From Octopus vulgaris (taxonomy: Eukaryota): a DNA stretch of 64,000 nucleotides. Where the stretch lies: positions 107,322,001 through 107,386,000 of the forward strand of contig OX597820.1 of assembly GCA_951406725.2 (NCBI GenBank), given 5' to 3'. Positions 1 to 64,000 of this stretch are shown here, piece by piece (the first letter of the stretch is position 1; every line of letters begins with the position of its first letter). The position numbers and the translations under genes are program-made. A model generated the notes under the pieces. That model was not told the origin of the DNA. It saw nothing but the letters and a program-made list of their open reading frames with translations, and did not search any database.

Positions 1-310
1 ATTCAAAGGTACTTTTTAAATGGGCTAGTTATGTGACATTGGTGTAAGCTATGACTGTGATCTTATTTTACTTGCTGGGTTTTCTCAATTACAGCATATT
101 TCCAGAGGTCTCGGTCTTTTGTCATTGCCTCTGTGAGGCCCATCATTTGAAGGTCATGCTTCACAATCTCATCCCATGTCTTCCCTCTCTTCCACAGGTT
201 CTTTCCACTGTTAAGGAATGATACTTCTTCACAAAACTCTCCTCATCCATATGCAGCACATTACTATACTAGCACAGTCATCTCTCTTGCACACCACATC
301 TATCACATTA
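1..310 (-). mobile_element. RTE-type LINE 3' fragment
   Basis: Reverse complement resembles the RT C-terminal/3' part of the copy at ~25880-26110. Confidence 0.6.
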
Positions 311-782
311 TATTTCTCCACTCTTAATTTTCTGTTAATTTCTTTCTACTCCTTTTCTTTCTCTAAATTACCTTTGACATTAAATCTATTAATGGTTTTC
401 TTTAAAAAATAACTTGCCAGCATTCTCCTTCATCATACACAGGGTAATCACATTCGGATAAAATGGCTTATTGATGTATTTTGTTTCTCTTTTTTTCCCT
501 GACAAGATGATTGCATTGCTTTACATCATTTTATTCCCTCCAGAATAATATCAATGTTTTCTTTGAAACATATGTCAGAAATATAAAGATTTGAATAGCA
601 TGTTACTTGTCTTGTTTTCCATTTTTTTCTTTTGTTGTTCGCAAAAAAAGTTTGTATTCCGTGTTTTCGTATTTCATAGTTTATGTTGCTTCCGTATTTC
701 ATGTTGATAATGTTTTATGACATCCTATACCCATATATGCATATGTATATACATATATAAGTATGTACATATACGTATGTAT

Positions 783-938
783 AGGAGTGGCTGTGTGGTA
801 AGTAGCTTGCTAACCAACCACATGGTTCCGGGTTCAGTCCCACTGTGTGGCACCTTGGGCAGGTGTCTTCTACTATAGCCTCAGGCCGACCAAAGCCTTG
901 TTAGTGGATTTGGTAGACAGAAACTGAAAAGAAGCCCG

Positions 939-981
<43 letters not shown>

Positions 982-1203
982 CACATACATGTATATGTTT
1001 GTGTGTCTGTGTTTGTCCCCCCCCCCATCGCTTGACAACCGATGCTGGTGTGTTTATGTCCCCATCACTTAGCGGCAAGAGAGACCGATAGAATAAGTAC
1101 TAAGCTTACAAAGAATAAGTCCTGGGGTCGATTTGCTTGACTAAAGGTGGTGCCCCAGCATGGCCACAGTCAAATGACTGAAACAAATAAAAGAATAAAA
1201 GAA
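783..1203 (+). mobile_element. tRNA-derived SINE, family 1
   Basis: A-box TGGCTGTGTGG, B-box-like GGTTCAGTCCC, internal (TA)n, A-rich tail; reverse copies at ~3797-4045 and ~21090-21450. Confidence 0.85.
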
Positions 1204-1212
1204 TATATGTAT

Positions 1213-1705
1213 ATTACATGGGAAAATGTGAGCATGAACTCTAATATTCTTAAGATTATAAACCTGGAAATGTATAGGACAAGCTATTACTTGTAGTAAA
1301 GTAAAGAATAAGAAACTTTTTACTTAAAATATTGCAGCAAAGAATGCCGGTTCTTCTAATTTATCCCTCTTTACAGTTCTCATCTTTTAAATTTATTGTA
1401 CAAAACTGTTCAGCTAATTTGTAAGTTTGTCTAATTAGTCACTTTTTTCCTGTATTTAAGGAAGTAAATTAGCCGAATTCTACTTAAATAAGTATAGTGT
1501 TATTTGTAAACTATATTAAAATAATTTTTAATATTCAAATTTTAATTTTAGCTGCAATATTTTAAGTAAAAAGTTTCTTATTCTTTACTTTACAAGAAGT
1601 AATAGCTTCTCCTATACTTTTCCAGGTGTTGTAACTTGTCCCGTACTTTTCCAGGTTTATAATCTTAAGAATATTACTTTTCATGCTTGCATTTTTCCAT
1701 GTAAT
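1213..1705. repeat. MITE-like element with ~125-150 bp inverted arms
   Basis: 1213-1338 is the reverse complement of 1552-1705; right arm has an internal ~28 bp duplication. Confidence 0.8.
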
Positions 1706-3796
1706 CCACGATTTTTCCAGGCATTGCTGTTATAAGATAATTAATAATGAGTCAATTAATAATTTAAGATTTTAACTTATAAAATACTGAAAGATAATAT
1801 TTCAATTTTTCCATGTAAGTGAAGATAATTTCAATTTTTTTAATGTTTAATTATTTGATATCACCCATCCACACCAAATTAATGGCAAGGAATTTTACCA
1901 TCTTGTTGGTTGCACCATGGCTCACCAAAAGTTACAAACAACAAGATCCCAAAACCATCAGTTACCAGGATCCCTTTAAGTACACTAGATTTTGAGTTGG
2001 TGATAATAGCACTGACTGCTGCTAATCTAGATCTATCAATAATTATTCAATACAACAGTAAATATAAAAGCATATCAGATACACACAAGTTAAAATTACC
2101 TACATCCCATTAATATAAATTTGATTTATGAAAAATTCCTTTTAATTAATTTTGAAATTTTAAAAGTAAATTTAGTATATAAGCACTTTTAACCAATGCC
2201 TTTTCTGGACAGCCTTACTACATACCTTCAGAGACACAGCCAAAAATGACTATATTCCTGCCCCAATAAATTTAGATGCACATATCTGAAGCACATAACA
2301 CATTAATGAACTAACCTGATTAAATAATTAACTAAAAAGAAAAGGAAAGCAGCTAAAAAAGAAAAGCAAAAAAAACAAAACAAAACAGAAAGCAAGTTAA
2401 TTAAAGCTGAAATAGAAAAGCAGCATATTAAAAATAATTTTATTAAATATTTAATTAAAAAAATAAAATATATGAAAGGTAAAGCTGACTATGGTGGAAT
2501 TTGAACTCAGAACAAAAAGTGACAAAATACTGCTAAGCTTTTTGCCTGGCACACTAATGTTTCTGCCAACTCACTGCGTTAGAATGTAAACATTCATCTT
2601 AGAAATATATTCTTATCTTCACATTATAGGGGCGTTACTTCTCACTTCCTCACTTAATAACAATAAATTTCATAACATTTCACCTCATAACTTTTTACTA
2701 CTAATTTTTGTACAATGCGACTAACAATTCTGAATTCCTCATGCATTTTTCTATCATTTAAGCCTAAGAAAAGCCTATATTATTATTTTAAAACACAAAA
2801 ATTTATGCTAATTGAAGATGAATAGGTGCCTTACTGCCCACCTTTAGACCTGATATATTTTGATGTAACTTTTTGCTAATGTACCAAGTCTCAAACTATT
2901 TATGCCAAAGTGTAGCTGAGGAGGTGCCTTCTTTAAAACTGTTAACAGTTTGCAATTTAGTTGGGAACTAAATTAGTGGTGCAGCTTCGAAGCTGCTGTG
3001 ATTGACGAAATGGTGGACTTAAGAATATATTCAACCATTACCGTGGTTGAATGATATATATTATTTATATGACTGAATGCCACACATCCATTTCGAAGTA
3101 AGTTTCCAATGCAACTCTATCTTACTGTTCTCCTCTTTCCCTCTCCCCTTTCATTACCTCTCATCCTTTCTCTAATTATTTTTATCTCCCCTTCTCCCTC
3201 TTTCATTTTTTCTCTCTTATCCTTTCTCTATTTCTTTTCCATTCCTCTTCACCGTTCTCTATCTGTCCCTCTCTTTCTCACTCTTCTACCTTTACTCTCT
3301 CATTGCTCACACGAGACCATCGGCCATCTTTCTTTTCCTAACTTGAGCTTCTGTCTTTCCTTTCGATCTGCTACACAGACATATTCTTGTTTGTTTCCTC
3401 TCCTATCTTTTCTCCTGTCAAAGATTTTTCCTCCAGCGTTCACCACCTCACCTCATTATGGCTTAGCAGCCTTTACTGTTTGTTTTTACTGTCCTGTTTT
3501 TGTTGCCAACTTTGACCCTCTGCAAATCCCAAATTTTACTTTGCTTTGCGCTCGAAATGGGTAGATAAAACATCTAACAACTGATGAAGCGTTGTTCTTT
3601 GTTACTTGTCTTGTTTTCCATTTGTTTCTTTTGTTGTTCACAAAAAAAAAGATGATATTCTATGTTTTCATATTTCATGTTGTTTACATTTTATGATGTC
3701 CTGTACCGATATATGCATATGTATATACATATATAAGTATGTACAAATATGTATGTATATATGCATACACACGCACACACACATATATATATATAT

Positions 3797-4045
3797 TACC
3801 TGTTTCAGTCATCAGAAAGTGGTTATGCTGGGGCACCACCTTGAAGCTTTAGTCAAATGAGTCAACCCCAGTCCATATATATTTTTTAAAACTGGGTACT
3901 GATTCTATCAGTTTTCTTTGCTGAATTGCTAAGTAACAGGCATAAACACACCAACATTGGTTGCCAAGCAGTGGTGGGAAACAAATACAACACAAACACA
4001 CCTGACAGGCTTCTTTCAGTTTCCGTCTACCAAATCCACTCAAAT
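3797..4045 (-). mobile_element. SINE family 1, partial
   Basis: Reverse complement of ~900-1190. Confidence 0.75.
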
Positions 4046-4177
4046 ATCTTTTTTCTACACCAATCTGCAGCTTTCTCAGTGGCTGTAGACTCTATTCCTT
4101 TAAATGCTTGGTTTTCATTATTTAAAAAAAAACTATATGTAAGTAGAAATTCCTTACAAAACAAAAAGAATACTCAC

Positions 4178-61394
<57,217 letters not shown>

Positions 61395-61907
61395 CTGCAA
61401 GAAGAGAACAACAGAGGTCATCATAAAAAAAATAATTAATTAAAATCTATTTAAAAAAATTTGAAATTGAAATTAATATAGTGTTAAGAATTTTCAAAAG
61501 ACATTTTTACTTGAATTGTAAAATATTTTTTAAAACTATTATTGAGTTTTTTTCTTTTCAAACATCAAAATTCTACCATCATTAGCAGGCATAACACTAT
61601 TACCATTGGTAAAAAGGTAACTCTTGGTAATGGATGTAGATTGTTTTAAACAAAAAAATGAAACTTGTCAATCACAGAGTTTTAATGCTGCTCAGTAAAC
61701 TGTACTTCCATTTGGTATTTAATTAGTTATTTAGAGTACCCACTGAAAGTTGAGTTTCTTTACTAAGGATACAATGCAGCACAATGTCATGTGATACACT
61801 GTGAAGTAGAGAGCACCTTCAGTTGATAGTCTGGCATTCTAATAACTTGGCCGAAATATTAGCCAGAAAAAGTGGATAATTAACTGCATAAACAGTTTAA
61901 GATTATA

Positions 61908-63156
61908 TTGGATCATTCCATAAATAATGTGTCCTTTTTAGGCTTCTTATATATTTTCAAAATTAAGACAAAGTTCTTTTTTAATCTAAAATATACTCTC
62001 CATTTTTCTATAATGCTCTTCCATCTATCCAGAGGTCTTGCAAAGCCCCTCTTCCAAAATTCACTTGTCTGTGATGAAAAACACTCCTCCAGTACTGTTA
62101 TAACCTCATCTACATAATTCATATTTTTTCCGTCCATATGATTTTGAAGACTGCAATGTCCAGCGAATATGGTGGTTGGGGCATCGTTTCCCATTCAAGC
62201 TGCTCCAGCCTTTGGAATGTCATCCTCACTGTATGTGGCCGAGCATAATCTTGATAGAAGAACATCTTTCATCTTGAAACCAAAGATGGTCGTTTTCCTT
62301 CTAGTGCTGACTTAAGCTGCTCAAGCTACTCACAATAGATCTCCTTTGTTATTGTTTGGTTTGGGTTTAAAAGTTCAAAGTGGACTAAACCTTTCATATC
62401 CCACCAAACAGATAAGAACACCTTATGTGGGTGAAGACCTTCTTTAGCCTGGGGTGTTGGTGTTTCTCCTTTCCCTACTCACTGTCTCCAGTGCTTGACA
62501 TTTTTATAAAGAACCCATTTCTCATCACCAGTCACTATTCAGTCCAAAAAATGGTTCATTCGTGAGATGTGACAGCAAAGAAGAGCACACATTTACTCTC
62601 TGTGTGCAATTAGACTCAGAAAGTTTGTGAGGAACCCATTGACCTAATTTGCTGACTTTTCAATGGCACTCAGGTGTTGATGAATGAATGAATAACCAAA
62701 TCCAAGCTTCTCTACTAGTTCATCAACAGTTATGATTTCCACCAGAGTTTGCAGGACATCCTCATCAAGCTCTACAGATCTTCCAGGATGAGGCTCAACT
62801 TCTAGGCAGTAGTTTCCGGTTTAGAATTTCTGGAACCACTATTGACACTGGCTTACACTTATTGTCCAATCCCCATGTACTGCATTAATATTCCTTACAC
62901 TTTCTGTTGCGTAGTTGCCTTTATTGAACTCATAAAGCAAAATATGCTGAATATGCTCCTTTGTCACTTCCATTATAGCTTTGAAAAGATAACTGTTAAA
63001 ATCAAACTGCACTCTTCAAAACTTACACTAAGAATAAGTACAAGGTAAAATTACTACCTGTTTTTAGAGCAAGTTGATGTTGATAGTTTATCCCATCTCC
63101 CTCTGACTTTTAGTTCATGCAATTGGAAAAACCACATTATTTATGGGATAACTCAA
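61908..63156 (-). mobile_element. Mariner transposon, full length, decayed
   Basis: TA TSDs; TIRs TTGGATCATTCCATAAATAATGTG / TTGAGTTATCCCATAAATAATGTG; C-terminal FWKRGFARPLDRWKSIIEKWRVYF; ~1.25 kb. Confidence 0.85.
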
Positions 63157-63772
63157 TATTATGTTAGATCTTTCTGTACAACCATCCACACACACAACAA
63201 CAATAAGAATAACCAGTGTAAATGTTGGCTGATTGATTTGTTGATGGTTGATTTCTCCACTCACACTTTACATCATATAGAAAGATGGTGAGAGAGTAAA
63301 AGAGAGATACAAAGAGAGTTAAAAGAAGCAGTTCATGTCAGTAGAGAAATACTGAAATTGACAACCAGTGACAGAAGAATGGTAAAAAAGCTATGCAGTT
63401 GTTGCACGGTAAATACATGACATATGCTTACACACACACTCTCACATACAATCTTCTGTTGATGACACACACATACATAATGACATAAGAGCTTAAACAG
63501 AAGGATAAGCTTGACAACCAGTTGATAGGATGAGGTAAAGAAGCAGTAGGTTTATATAGCCGTATGTAGTTGGCTGTAGCTGAAAAAAGGTTCTGCAATA
63601 GTTAATATTCATTGCAATGAAAATTTTCCTTACATGCTTTCTAAGTAAGACATTTGCTAGCAGAGTAAGCTTTTTTTCATTGATCACTAGGGCATTTGCT
63701 AATTTGAGAATTTATAGCAATTTTTTGAAAAATATGAAAATATCACTATGATTGCTACAATAATACACTTTT

Positions 63773-63990
63773 GAAGGGCAGTGAGCTGGCAGAAACGTTA
63801 GCACATTGGGCGAAATGCTTAGCGGTATTTCATCTGTCTTTATGTTCTGAGTTCAAATTCCGCTGAGGTCGACTTTGCCTTTCATCCTTTCGAGGTTGAT
63901 AAATTAAGTACCAGTTGCGTACTGGGATTGATCTAATCGACTCACCACCCCCAAAAAACTTTTGGGCCTTGTTTCTAGAGTAGAAAAAAA
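63773..63990 (+). mobile_element. tRNA-derived SINE, family 3
   Basis: GAGCTGGCAGAA head, B-box-like GAGTTCAAATTCC; partial copies at ~2480-2580 (-) and ~5000-5130 (+). Confidence 0.75.
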
Positions 63991-64000
63991 GAATACACTT

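Noticed and set aside
2226-2285. Candidate next POLR3A exon (AG...GT bounded, minus strand)
   Set aside because: Stop codon in the required frame and no RPC1 similarity; the next exon probably lies beyond the window
3109-3564. 151 aa hydrophobic ORF
   Set aside because: Derived from CT-rich low-complexity repeat sequence

Overview
AT-rich, repeat-dense animal DNA; the SINE/RTE repertoire looks like a coleoid cephalopod, probably Octopus (inference). The whole window lies inside one minus-strand gene, POLR3A/RPC1 (RNA polymerase III largest subunit). I traced 18 internal coding exons (61394 down to 4178; 2064 nt, 688 codons, frame-continuous across all 17 junctions) covering the NADFDGD active-site motif, bridge helix and trigger loop; the gene start and end lie outside the window. 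One intron is U12-type (14443-15153) and one has a GC donor (54744-60410). The introns hold decayed RTE LINEs, two Penelope-like elements, two mariners, a hAT, a Chapaev3-type transposase remnant, a Helitron, piggyBac-type MITEs, MULE and Gypsy-like fragments, tRNA-derived SINEs, ORF1-only gag-like elements, several long inverted repeats and a ~2 kb compound microsatellite. Most interesting: a tRNA-like Pol III head joined to a hammerhead-bearing Penelope terminal repeat, a second short hammerhead-carrying family, the minor intron in the trigger-loop codons, tandem ORF1-only elements and clustered fold-back duplications. Most ORFs in the supplied track are spurious.
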